64,000 bases of DNA, from assembly GCA_963766625.1 (NCBI GenBank), contig CAVYBF010000013.1:89987-153986 (forward strand). Direction: 5' to 3'. The notes beneath the pieces were generated by a model. That model saw only the letters and a program-made list of their open reading frames with translations, did not search any database and was not told where the DNA came from. A program made the translations under genes and the position numbers. The stretch comes from an uncultured Acidobacteriaceae bacterium. GTDB lineage: Bacteria > Acidobacteriota > Terriglobia > Terriglobales > Acidobacteriaceae. Within the stretch, counting starts at the first letter, position 1. Every line of letters begins with the position of its first letter. Shown here one piece after another: positions 28,710 through 38,192 of this stretch.

Positions 28710-29591
28710 TTAGAAGGTCGTCGGAATCAGGTAGCTTCCGTTCGACTCGTTTGCCTCTCCACCGTGGCACTCACGGCAGAACTGTGCGGTCTGGTTCGAT
28801 CCCGCAGTGCCGCTGGCCGGGTTGTAGGGGCCGATCACAAAGAACATCGTCGCATAGGGGCCACTCGGTAAGCCGCTCTTTGGGCCATTGGTAACCTTTA
28901 CGACGTTCATCACGTGCTGGTTGTGGCAAGTCGTGCACTGCACTGTCGGCTCGTTGTTGTAAGCCGCAGGGCTCACGAAGAAACCGTAATTGGTGACGAA
29001 GGCGGAGGAATTCGGGCCATTCATACTGATCGCCCCGCTTCCGTTGATACTGCAATCCCAATTCCACTGTCCGCCGCAGCCAATAATGGCGTTCAAGCCC
29101 ACCGGGTGGGTTGACAGGTAGCCTTCCGAGTTCCCTCCGCCGCCCAACAGGGTTGGAATCTTGTTGAAGGTTCCGTATGTGTTCGGCAGGGTCTCATATA
29201 CCTGATCCTTCATCATTGCACCTTGGGCATAGTTGCCGTCATGGCAGCTAAGACAGGTCAGCAGGCCGTTAACATCGGGGGTTCCGGCGGCCATGGTGGC
29301 CGGCAGAACTTCGGTGTAACCAGTCGTGCCGTTGGTGCTGCCCGTGATGATGGTCTTGCCAAACAGAGCGCCTACGTCTTGGCCCCACAGAATCGAGGTG
29401 CCGCCGGTGAGGTTGCCGGACTTGTTAGCGCCGTTGCCGGACGCGCCGTTGTGTGGCGCGTGGCAGCCTGCGCAGCCACGGCCGTAGTTGAGGTGGGCGC
29501 CCAATACGTCGGACGTCGGTGCCTGGATCTGGGCCAAGGCGAAACTCGCCATCGCCAGAACCATCAGCATGACTAAAAAGCTCTTTTTCAT
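28710..29591 (-). CDS. secreted tetrahaem c-type cytochrome
   Basis: The ATG at 29591 follows AAAGGAGC, and a signal peptide is present (MKKSFLVMLMVLAMASFALAQ). The four haem motifs are CAGCH, CLSCH, CTTCH and CRECH. Its N-terminal CxxCHxPHNG..LW / CLSCHDG pattern matches the start of the 12-haem protein. Confidence 0.85.
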   Translation of the reverse strand: MKKSFLVMLMVLAMASFALAQIQAPTSDVLGAHLNYGRGCAGCHAPHNGASGNGANKSGNLTGGTSILWGQDVGALFGKTIITGSTNGTTGYTEVLPATMAAGTPDVNGLLTCLSCHDGNYAQGAMMKDQVYETLPNTYGTFNKIPTLLGGGGNSEGYLSTHPVGLNAIIGCGGQWNWDCSINGSGAISMNGPNSSAFVTNYGFFVSPAAYNNEPTVQCTTCHNQHVMNVVKVTNGPKSGLPSGPYATMFFVIGPYNPASGTAGSNQTAQFCRECHGGEANESNGSYLIPTTF

Positions 29592-29992
29592 ATTAGCTCC
29601 TTTATGAAGTGTTGCAACACAGCCACATCTACCATTTACGGATTGCTGAACCGCTTTGGAACTCTCAAGGTCCATAATGTTGCGGGAGGTCTTGCGACAC
29701 TTCCCGATGACCATATGTGCACGATGGCCACCGCAGCCTGGTTACCTGTGGTTTGAATCTGACAATTTTCTAAACAATTGTCACAAAAGGATTTACTAAT
29801 GATCTTTGGTAACCGGGCAGATTTGGGAAGGCACAGGCCTTAATGGAGTTGAGGGTTATTCCACAGCGGTTCGGTGAAATAACACAAATAATTCCAATGA
29901 TTCGTGCTGCATTTTTCAACGAACCACCCGGCGCAGGGGCCCTGCCTGTGGCCGGATTAAACCATTCGAAGAAGCACAATTCAGCGGGGACC

Positions 29993-30160
29993 AACGGTTT
30001 GGGGAGGGGCACGACTTTAGTCGTGCCATAAAGCGCCAACAAAGATGCGGGGCTTTAGCCCCTGAGGGAAAGCTCGGCGAGCAGCACAGCGGCTGAAGCC
30101 GCTGTCGGTTCGGATGGGACCTTACGGCACGACTAAAGTCGTGCCCTACCCAAAACCGTT
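29993..30160. repeat. composite REP/BIME-like element (four hairpins; outer two are inverted copies of one ~35-bp unit)
   Basis: The left arm is AACGGTTTGGGGAGGGGCACGACTTTAGTCGTGCC (29993-30027). The right arm is its near-identical reverse complement (30126-30160). Between them lie the hairpins GGGGCTTTAGCCCC (30049-30062) and ACAGCGGCTGAAGCCGCTGT (30086-30105). Confidence 0.75.
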
Positions 30161-30177
30161 CGCGACTCTCGGCGCGG

Positions 30178-31521
30178 CTACTTTGGCGGTGCCGCAGGAG
30201 CTATCGGCGCGGCTGCGTCCGCCGGTTTCCGTGCCGGAGCGGGTGCCGTGGTCGCCGGAGCAGGTGTCTGCGCAGTGCTGCTTGCTCCCTTGCGCGCTGC
30301 GGCGGCATTGGCCAACTCGGTCTGGCGCCGGTCTTTCTCGGCGTTCGCCTCGGACTCGGTTATATAGCGAAACATCTGCATGCGTCCGGGATACTGTTCG
30401 GTGGTGAAGACACGATTCTGTTTGTCAATGGCAATCCCCACCAGCGCTTTGAATTGGCCGGGACCGTTGGCGTGAGTGTCACCAATGTAAGTCAGCAGTT
30501 GGCCTTCGCGGTTATACACCTGAACGCGATCCTGGTATTGATCCGCAACCCAGATGTGACCGTCGGAATCAATGGCGATGCCCTTGGGACGGAAGAAGTA
30601 TCCCGGACCATCGCCGGCTTTGCCGAAGGTGCTGATAAAGTTGCCGTCGGAATCGAACATTTCCACGCGGCTGTTGAGGGTATCAGTAACGTAGACGTTG
30701 CCGTCGGAATCGACCGCAACATTGGTCGGCGCGGAAAACTCGCCCGGGCCGGTCATCGTGTGCTTCTTGGCCGGAGGCACCACAGGGCCAAGCTTTCTCA
30801 GCTGCTTGAGGCTGTCGGCGTCGTATACGAAGACCTGATCCTGTTGCTCATCGACTACATAGAGAAAACGGTTTTCGTTGTCGATGGCCAGCCCCACGGG
30901 ATCAACTAATCCTTCGACGATCTGACCCTCGATTTCATGTTTGGAATTAAAGATCAAAACGTGGCGCAGTTTGCCATCGGAGACGAAAAGGCGATCGGCA
31001 TCGTCGATGGCGAGCCCGTTAATCCATCCAAAATGCGCATCGCTGCCATTCTTGATAAGGGTGGCGTCGTGGGCCTCAGTATTGAAGATGAAGATGGCTC
31101 CCACTTTTTGATCGGCCACATACACCAGACCTTTGGAGTCGATGGCGATGCCGTAAGGTCCGATCAACTGCCAGGGGAAGGTCTTGAGCTTGTCGAGGTT
31201 GTCTTCCTGCTTGGCGCCGGCCACGCGATCCATCCAACTCTGCTTTTTCTTGGTGGCAGCAACGGGAGTGCGGTCGATCTTCATGCCCGTGTATTGATCC
31301 AGCCAGCGGACGCGAGCAATGTTCGGCGGGTTCGGCCAGACCAGCTTCGAGGTATCGATGTCGAGCTTGGGAGTCTCGGCTGGCGGAGGCGCGTCAGCTT
31401 TCTTTTTTTTCTTATCGCCGCCGTACATTGCAGCCGGCGAAGCCAGGCCTAGAATAAGCAGAATCACAAGCGCGGCCAGCGCTTTGCCATTGCGATTTAA
31501 TTTGTGAAGGTGCGCGTACAT
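30178..31521 (-). CDS. secreted NHL-repeat beta-propeller protein with Ala/Pro-rich C-terminal tail
   Basis: It has a signal/anchor sequence (ALAALVILLILGLASPAAMYG). NHL blades include PYGIAIDSKGLVYVAD, INGLAIDDADRLFVSD, PVGLAIDNENRFLYVVD, PTNVAVDSDGNVYVTD and PKGIAIDSDGHIWVAD. It lies 16 nt downstream of the 16-haem cytochrome gene. Confidence 0.85.
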   Translation of the reverse strand: MYAHLHKLNRNGKALAALVILLILGLASPAAMYGGDKKKKKADAPPPAETPKLDIDTSKLVWPNPPNIARVRWLDQYTGMKIDRTPVAATKKKQSWMDRVAGAKQEDNLDKLKTFPWQLIGPYGIAIDSKGLVYVADQKVGAIFIFNTEAHDATLIKNGSDAHFGWINGLAIDDADRLFVSDGKLRHVLIFNSKHEIEGQIVEGLVDPVGLAIDNENRFLYVVDEQQDQVFVYDADSLKQLRKLGPVVPPAKKHTMTGPGEFSAPTNVAVDSDGNVYVTDTLNSRVEMFDSDGNFISTFGKAGDGPGYFFRPKGIAIDSDGHIWVADQYQDRVQVYNREGQLLTYIGDTHANGPGQFKALVGIAIDKQNRVFTTEQYPGRMQMFRYITESEANAEKDRRQTELANAAAARKGASSTAQTPAPATTAPAPARKPADAAAPIAPAAPPK

Positions 31522-31537
31522 GTTCTGATCTCCTGTG

Positions 31538-33019
31538 CTAATTCCCCGGTATTGTCGTATCTCGCATGTTGATTCGGTTCTTATGGCAGTTATCGCAGAA
31601 GGCCATGTTGTTCTGCTGATCTTTCACCAGCAGATCGGGCTGCGCCGAAGAATGCGGCTGATGGCAGCTCATGCATGTCATATGAGTCTTGACTTTGGCT
31701 ATGTTCGTCGGATCCATCACATCACCAACGGGATGGCCTTCCACAGGATGCCCCAGCCCATACCGCAGCGGCAGGATCGGCACCTGATTCTTCTTGTAAT
31801 AATCCTCGGGCAACTTCACCTGTCCATTGAAGATGGTCAGCACGTGTTCGGCTTCGAGCTTCTGCGGAGCTGAATCCGGGCCGTGGCACTCGAGGCAGAG
31901 GCCATTTCCCTTTACGCGCAGCAGATGATCGTTCTCGCCACCATGGGGCTCGTGGCAAGTCGCGCAGCCCTGTTTGAAGGCAGGCTGATGCAGATAGTGC
32001 TTCTTACCCTGATCGGCCTGATCGCTGTGGCAGCCCAGGCAAATGTCGACAGCGTTTGTCTTGGGAAGCCCGGGCTGTGAGCTGGCATGAGGACTGTGGC
32101 AGTCGGTGCAATCCCCAGCGGCGCCGGGATGCGGAACTTTCGCCTTCTCAATCAGCTCCGCTTTATCCGAATGGCAAGTGACGCAGAGCGATTTCGCGTC
32201 GGGCTGTGTGAGCACCACTTTCCCGTCCTTGGCCGGCGCATGGCAAACGTCACATTGCTTTTCGGCGAAAGGCGGGTGCATGAATTTGGCCATCAGCTTT
32301 GGAGCCGCTGACTGGTGCGGATCATGGCAGCCCAGGCAATCGGCTTTATCGAACGGCTGGTTCTGATGAGCTTTTTGCAGGTTCGCATCTTTGGCATCGT
32401 GGCAGTCGAGACACAGGGCCGGCGATCCTTTAGTGAGATGGAAGTCGAACTCGGCTTTGCCCACTTCGCCGGTCTTATGCGTGGTATGGCAGGTTTCGCA
32501 GCCCATGTCGAGAGCGGCGTGCCGGCTGCCTTTTTCCGGAACATTTACTCCGGTGTTGTGGCAACTCAGGCAGAGATTCTCTTTCTGATCTCCCGAGGTG
32601 GGCTTCAGGAGCTGGAATTTGTTGTCGGATTCATGCGGATCGTGGCATTTCAAGCAGTCGCGCACTGCCGGGGGATGTACCGTTCCTTTTATGTCCGCCG
32701 CATTTTTATCCGCATGGCAGGTGATGCAAAGAGCACGAGGGGTGGTGGTAATGAGCTTCACGTGAGTCACGTCGCGGTTGACGCGAACCTCGTGACAGCT
32801 CATACAGCCCATCGCCATCGCCGAATGAACCGATTTTCCTTTGGTTTTATCTTCGTGACATGCCAGGCAGGTGGAAGGGTCGGCTTTAGGATCCAGCGGA
32901 ACCGGGTGCTCAACTGCGAAAACCCGGCAAATGGAAAGGATGAAAAAAAAGAGTAAATACCCTAGCTCGCGAATCGGGCGGCTACTCCCGAGCCTCAATT
33001 TGTATGATGACAGTGCCAC
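31538..33019 (-). CDS. multihaem c-type cytochrome, 16 CxxCH motifs
   Basis: I counted 16 canonical CxxCH motifs in 493 aa, many in the CxxCH(D/E/S)PH form typical of c3/c7-type modules. It has an N-terminal hydrophobic signal (LGYLLFFFILSICRVFA). Confidence 0.9.
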   Translation of the reverse strand: MALSSYKLRLGSSRPIRELGYLLFFFILSICRVFAVEHPVPLDPKADPSTCLACHEDKTKGKSVHSAMAMGCMSCHEVRVNRDVTHVKLITTTPRALCITCHADKNAADIKGTVHPPAVRDCLKCHDPHESDNKFQLLKPTSGDQKENLCLSCHNTGVNVPEKGSRHAALDMGCETCHTTHKTGEVGKAEFDFHLTKGSPALCLDCHDAKDANLQKAHQNQPFDKADCLGCHDPHQSAAPKLMAKFMHPPFAEKQCDVCHAPAKDGKVVLTQPDAKSLCVTCHSDKAELIEKAKVPHPGAAGDCTDCHSPHASSQPGLPKTNAVDICLGCHSDQADQGKKHYLHQPAFKQGCATCHEPHGGENDHLLRVKGNGLCLECHGPDSAPQKLEAEHVLTIFNGQVKLPEDYYKKNQVPILPLRYGLGHPVEGHPVGDVMDPTNIAKVKTHMTCMSCHQPHSSAQPDLLVKDQQNNMAFCDNCHKNRINMRDTTIPGN

Positions 33020-33396
33020 AAGCCGACTCCTGTATCACTGGCATTTGCACGCGCTTCGCCTAAATCGGTGAAGCCAGCGACCTTCTTAACAGGAGCGGTA
33101 ACTTATTGCAACACAATAGTTTGCACTCACTTGGGGTCACATCCCAACCTCATGCTGTTGCAAGATTCATCAGTTTGGGGGCTTATCCCACAGTGAAATG
33201 GTCTAAATGACGCAAGTAACTCAGGCCTGCGCCAAAGCCGACTTACCCGAACCCGTAACAAGGCAATTTCCTGCGTGCCTTCCGGCACATCTAAGCATCT
33301 AGAAAATGTCTGGCTTCGTGAAACGAAATCTTTTTGAACAAATCGAATTCAGAAGCAGCAGATTTTTTTGAAGAGCAACCTGCAAGGAGCAAGTGT

Positions 33397-34341
33397 ATGA
33401 ACATTCGCAGTGTTTTGTCTAACACAGTCTTCGCCGCGGCGCTTTGCCTGTACGGAGCGCCGGTTCTCTCAGCACAAGCGCAGCCGGGCAACGGAATTCC
33501 CGTTCACACGGTTGTGACGATCGAAGCCCACAAGGGCTCGAACCCTCCATCCATCGGTCAGCAGGATGTCCTCGTAACCGAGAACAAAAAAGAGCGCGAC
33601 CCTGTAACGGAATGGATCCCCGCGCAGGGCGATCACGCCGATCTCGAGTTCTTCATTCTGATCGATGACGGAGCCAACATGACTCTGGGCACCGAACTGG
33701 AAACGCTTCGCAAGTTCATCCTTGACCAGCCTCCGACCACAAAAATCGGCCTCGCCTACATGCAGAACGGCATTGCCAGGGTCGCCCAGAATCTCACCCC
33801 CGACCATGAGGCCGCGGCCAAGGCTCTGCGCCTGCCCACTGGGATCAGGGGTATCAACGGCAGTCCCTATTTTTCTGTCAGCGATCTGGTGAAGCGCTGG
33901 CCGGCCGGAGCGCCGCGCCGCGAAGTGCTCATGATTTCCGACGGCATTGACCGCTACTACGGCGAGGCCGATTTTTTGGATCCTTATCTCGACGCCACCA
34001 TCGATGATTGTCAGCGCGGCGGCATCGTTGTCTCTGCCATCTATACCCCCGGCATGGGCCACTTCGGCCACGATTTCTACATGAGCTACTGGGGCCAGCT
34101 TTATATGGCACGACTAGCCGACGAGACCGGAGGCGAAGCCTATTACGTTGGCATGATGGGTCCGCCGGTATCGTTTACTCCGTATTTGGACCAACTTTCG
34201 AATCGCCTCCTGCACCAGTACCTGCTCACCTTCCTGGCTAAGCCACCGAAGAAAGCAGGATTGCAGCCGGTGCGAATCGCAACCGAAGTTCCGAATGCGG
34301 ATTTGGTCGCGCCCAGGAAAGTCTGGGTTCCGGCGATGTAG
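33397..34341 (+). CDS. secreted protein, possibly vWA-like fold (function uncertain)
   Basis: The ATG at 33397 follows AAGGAG, and a signal peptide is present (VFAAALCLYGAPVLSAQA). It has a Rossmann-like beta-alpha pattern (LEFFILIDDGAN.., REVLMISDGIDRYY) but no clear MIDAS DxSxS motif. Confidence 0.45.
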   Translation: MNIRSVLSNTVFAAALCLYGAPVLSAQAQPGNGIPVHTVVTIEAHKGSNPPSIGQQDVLVTENKKERDPVTEWIPAQGDHADLEFFILIDDGANMTLGTELETLRKFILDQPPTTKIGLAYMQNGIARVAQNLTPDHEAAAKALRLPTGIRGINGSPYFSVSDLVKRWPAGAPRREVLMISDGIDRYYGEADFLDPYLDATIDDCQRGGIVVSAIYTPGMGHFGHDFYMSYWGQLYMARLADETGGEAYYVGMMGPPVSFTPYLDQLSNRLLHQYLLTFLAKPPKKAGLQPVRIATEVPNADLVAPRKVWVPAM

Positions 34342-34593
34342 GAGGAAAGTTCAAAAAGCGGAGCCTGTGACGGGGAAAAATATCCCCAGTATGGGCTCCG
34401 CGGTTTTTTGCGCCTGGATAATTACCTGCGGGTCCGCTTAGGTTCCTGTCAAGTAATCGCAAGGCGGCTTCATGGCGGGCAGTGGCGCGCCGAGCAACCC
34501 CAACGTCGTGTTCACCGATTCCCAGCTGCGCCAGCTTCGAGCGAACTGCCTCGGCTGGCCCTCTTTGCAGCGGACTTGGGCATCATCAGCCGC

Positions 34594-35469
34594 CTAGTTC
34601 CCGCCCGCGGCCGCTCCTGGCGAGCCTTGGGCCACCATGTGCAAGTGAACCAGAATTGCTAAATGATTTCCGACCAGCGCATTAAAATTCGTGGCTACGC
34701 CGACATCCTCGCCGTTGGCCGCGTGCGGCTCTGCGGGCAGCCCAGGAGCCATCAGAAGCTTTCCAGTGCACTCGGCCCCAGCATAGCTTTCATTCACGGT
34801 TGGAGGTTCCTGACAGCTTTTATCCTGAACTACCGGCGGCCAGTAGGTTGCGAGTACAGCCGTTACTAGCGGCGGATAATCTTCACGGAACATGCTCGTC
34901 GACCCCGTCGCCAGGAGCCCACCATCTTTCTGGCCCTTTCCAACGGCGGGAAGGTCAAAAACGAAAGTGGCCTCGCGCGAAACGCGATGGATCATGGGAG
35001 GCCCGTACACTGGCCCGGAATACCCTTCGCTTGGAGTAGCCTCCAGGTTGCGGTCTACGCGAGTCAAGACCAGATCCCCTGTAGCCTGCAGCCGGCCGTC
35101 CGATGTCCGGACAAGCTTCTTGGAATGGAAACATACCAATGTGTGATTCGATAGATTTGACAGCCAGCTCCTCAGAAATTTTCCATCCTCATTAATATCG
35201 GGCGTCATCGCAGTGGCGGGATAAATCGTCATGTCCACGCGCGATTTGGTCGGATCGGCGTCGTCGAGAGTCATTCTTCCCCTGACTCTGGCGAAACCGA
35301 GTGTGACATCGACTTTTGTTTTTCCGTAATCCGTGGTCGCGTCAGTTTTTAACTGGGCGTCGGAGTGGGGGGTGTCAACCTGCCACGAACCGGCTGTCGA
35401 AGTAGGCAGACTGGGAGCACTCAAAGCGAGGGCTGCCGCTGCTGCGACCAGAGCTGTGAATTTAAACAT
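34594..35469 (-). CDS. secreted YceI-like domain protein (tentative)
   Basis: It has a signal peptide (MFKFTALVAAAAALALSAPS). The N-terminal region WQVDTPHSDAQLKTD..VTLGFARVRGRMTLDDADPTKSRVDMTIYPA resembles the YceI lipid-binding pattern. Confidence 0.5.
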   Translation of the reverse strand: MFKFTALVAAAAALALSAPSLPTSTAGSWQVDTPHSDAQLKTDATTDYGKTKVDVTLGFARVRGRMTLDDADPTKSRVDMTIYPATAMTPDINEDGKFLRSWLSNLSNHTLVCFHSKKLVRTSDGRLQATGDLVLTRVDRNLEATPSEGYSGPVYGPPMIHRVSREATFVFDLPAVGKGQKDGGLLATGSTSMFREDYPPLVTAVLATYWPPVVQDKSCQEPPTVNESYAGAECTGKLLMAPGLPAEPHAANGEDVGVATNFNALVGNHLAILVHLHMVAQGSPGAAAGGN

Positions 35470-35820
35470 TTTGTTCTCCTCCTATTTGGTCCGCTGAATG
35501 ATTCCTGATTTGCTCGGATAAAGCTGCAGGTTCATCTTGAACACGTAGTCGGACAACCGCTCACAGAGGAGAATCTCTTTTCAGCGTTCAGGTCTGAGCC
35601 CTGCCATGATGTCGACCGACGAACTCGCACATCGCCTAATCCAGAGAGTGGATCCGAGACCCCAAAACGTACCGCGCGATCGTAGGCACTGCGCGATTTC
35701 TGTGTCAAGAAGTTTGATTCTGGAAAAGGAATTGGGTTGCACGAGTTTTGCTGGCACATTAATCCCAAAGCCCCATTGACGACTCGAACCCCATGCTATC
35801 CTGCTTTTAGCAGCGTTCCC

Positions 35821-38151
35821 ATGCGGATTCTCACCCGCTACATACTGCGTGAAGTCAGTTCCCACGCCGTGATCGGCGCCGCAATTTTTACGTTCGTACT
35901 CTTCACCCGCGACCTGGGACGCATTCTCGAACTCGTGGTCCGCGCCAGCGCGCCGCTGCCCAGCGTTGCGGAAATTTTCTTCTACACCGTCCCGATGGCG
36001 CTCACTTACACGATACCGATGGCGGTGCTGGTGGGAATTCTCATCGGCCTCAGCCGCCTCGCCGCCGACAGCGAAATTACCGCCATGCGGGCCAGCGGCA
36101 TGGGCGTGTGGGATTTCGGCCGCGTGCTTTCAATCTTTGTCGGCGCGGCTTGGGTCATTGCTCTGGTGAACAGTCTCTACATCGCGCCCTGGTCTTTGGC
36201 TTCGTTGGGGCATCTTGAGGATCAGCTGAAAGGCTCACAGGTGTCTTATGAAGTGCAGCCTCGGGTTTTCTATGAAGGCTTCCCCAAGCTCGTGCTCTAC
36301 GTGCAAGACGTGCATAATGCGCAGGGCGGCGAGATTTGGAAAGGCGTGTTTCTGGCCGATATCTCCGACCCCGCCAATCCTCGCATCACGCTGGCGCGCG
36401 AAGGCATTCTTGTTCCTCAAGGCCGGGACTTGTTGCGCCTGCACCTGAAAGACGGTTCCACTCACGAAACCGATCCCGCGGCACCCGACAAATATCAGAT
36501 CTCCACCTTTGAGCAGACGGATATTCCGATTGATCTGCCATCCTCCGAAAGCAAGGCGGAACAGATTCCCGTAAAAGCGATTGGCACCTGGCAGCTGCGT
36601 GCTCGCGCTGCAAGCGTCGATGCGGTTTCGGTTCGGTGGTATCTTATCGAGTTTTATAACCGATTCGCTCTGCCCACTGCCTGTCTGGTGCTGGCCATGG
36701 TCGGGATTCCCCTTGGACTTTCTTCGAAGAAGAGCGGCAAATCCGGGGGATTCGTGCTCACCATTGTGCTGGTCTTCGCGTATTATTTTGTTTCTCTGAT
36801 TGGCGTTTCACTGGCGAAGCAGGGAAAGCTGAGTCCGGCATTGGGAGCGTGGCTTGCGAATATCGTATTTTTCGCCGCGGCTCTGTTTCTTTTATGGCAG
36901 GCGGAGCGGCGTCCGTTTGCGCTTTCGGCCATCAAGTTGTCGTGGAAACGTGAACAGCCCCCGGCCCGTGCTCCCCTGATCGAACGCCGGCGCCAGCGCA
37001 GAGAGCGCGCCGATGCTTTTGAGCGGGCATCCACCCGTCACCGGGTTTTCAGCGCCAGTTTCCCTACGCTGCTTGACGATTACATACTGCGGGATTTCTT
37101 TGTTTATCTGGGAATGATCGTCGCAACCTTCCTCGTCCTTTTACTGGTCTTCACCTTGTTTGAGCTGCTGGGCGACATTCTGCGCAATCAGACGCCCGCA
37201 TTCGTAGTTGCGGAATACCTGCTCAACGTCGCTCCTTACCTGCTTTACAACGTCGCGCCGCTGATGATGCTGTTGGCGGTGCTGATCACTTTCGGATTGA
37301 TGAACCGGTCGAACGAGATTACTGCAATCAAGGCGACGGGAACCAGCATCTATCGCATCTTCACGCCCGTGCTCGCCGCGGCTGCAGTTCTGGCGGGTGG
37401 CTTGTTTTTAGCCGATCAGTTCTATCTTCCCCATACAAACAAGCGCCAGGAAGCCCTGCACAACGAGATCAAAGGCAAGCCGCCGCAAACCTATTTGCGT
37501 CCTGACCGGCGCTGGATTTTTGGCCAGCACCATGACATTTACTACTACCAATTCTTCGACGCCGATCGCAATCAATTCGCCAACCTGTCAATTTTTCAAA
37601 TTGATCCGGCTGATTTCACGATCGCACAGCAGATCCATGCTGATCGCGCCCACTGGGCCGACAACCTGAACCGGTGGATCTATGAGCAAGGCTGGCAGCG
37701 CTCTCTGCACGGCGCAGCAATTACCAGTTACCGCACGTTTGATGTCTCGACCTTCCCGCAAGTCAGCGAACCGCCTTCGTATTTTAAAAAAGAAGTGAAA
37801 CAGTACTCCGAAATGAACTACGAAGAACTGCACCGCTACATCCGTGATTTGCAGCAGAGCGGATTCGACGTGGTACGGCTGCGCGTGCAGTTGAACAAGA
37901 AGCTCTCGTATCCGCTGATCACCTTCATTATGGCGGTGCTGGCGATTCCGTTTTCCATGTCCGCAGCGAAAAAGGGGGCGGTTACCGGTGTCGCGGTGGC
38001 GGTAGGAATCGCAGTGGTTTACACGGTGGTATCGCGATTGTTTGAAGCGATGGGAGACATCAGCCAATTACCGCCAGCGCTGGCAGCATGGTCGCCGGAC
38101 CTGATCTTCGCACTTTTAGGTTCGTACCTGGTTCTAAAGATCCCGACCTAA
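35821..38151 (+). CDS. fused LptF-LptG-type LPS export permease (two YjgP/YjgQ domains in one polypeptide)
   Basis: The ATG is at 35821 (MRILTRYILREV.., the canonical LptF/G N-terminus). A second module starts about residue 400 (FPTLLDDYILRDFFVYLGMIV..). Each module has TM helices flanking a periplasmic beta-jellyroll-like insert. Total length is 776 aa. Confidence 0.8.
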   Translation: MRILTRYILREVSSHAVIGAAIFTFVLFTRDLGRILELVVRASAPLPSVAEIFFYTVPMALTYTIPMAVLVGILIGLSRLAADSEITAMRASGMGVWDFGRVLSIFVGAAWVIALVNSLYIAPWSLASLGHLEDQLKGSQVSYEVQPRVFYEGFPKLVLYVQDVHNAQGGEIWKGVFLADISDPANPRITLAREGILVPQGRDLLRLHLKDGSTHETDPAAPDKYQISTFEQTDIPIDLPSSESKAEQIPVKAIGTWQLRARAASVDAVSVRWYLIEFYNRFALPTACLVLAMVGIPLGLSSKKSGKSGGFVLTIVLVFAYYFVSLIGVSLAKQGKLSPALGAWLANIVFFAAALFLLWQAERRPFALSAIKLSWKREQPPARAPLIERRRQRRERADAFERASTRHRVFSASFPTLLDDYILRDFFVYLGMIVATFLVLLLVFTLFELLGDILRNQTPAFVVAEYLLNVAPYLLYNVAPLMMLLAVLITFGLMNRSNEITAIKATGTSIYRIFTPVLAAAAVLAGGLFLADQFYLPHTNKRQEALHNEIKGKPPQTYLRPDRRWIFGQHHDIYYYQFFDADRNQFANLSIFQIDPADFTIAQQIHADRAHWADNLNRWIYEQGWQRSLHGAAITSYRTFDVSTFPQVSEPPSYFKKEVKQYSEMNYEELHRYIRDLQQSGFDVVRLRVQLNKKLSYPLITFIMAVLAIPFSMSAAKKGAVTGVAVAVGIAVVYTVVSRLFEAMGDISQLPPALAAWSPDLIFALLGSYLVLKIPT

Positions 38152-38192
38152 CGTCAATTTTGCATCAGGCGAAATCGAACCGTGGGTTCGCG

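Noticed and set aside
27684-28871. Plus-strand ORFs of 157, 234 and 112 aa
   Set aside because: They are antisense to the SurA-like gene and the tetrahaem cytochrome 3' end. They are Arg/Leu-rich shadow frames.
29770-30407. ORFs 29770..30042 (-) and 30114..30407 (+) encoding YGTTKVVP(L/Y)PKP
   Set aside because: The shared peptide is simply the translation of the inverted REP units. The remainder overlaps intergenic DNA or the NHL gene tail.
31535-32956. Plus-strand ORFs (112-213 aa) and off-frame minus ORFs within 31.5-33.0 kb
   Set aside because: They are antisense or off-frame to the 16-haem cytochrome gene, whose 16 CxxCH motifs identify the real frame.
33107-33125. TGCAA-N9-TTGCA inverted repeat upstream of the 16-haem cytochrome operon (possible operator)
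   Set aside because: At only 5+5 bp it is easily a chance occurrence, and I cannot assign a regulator family from the sequence alone.
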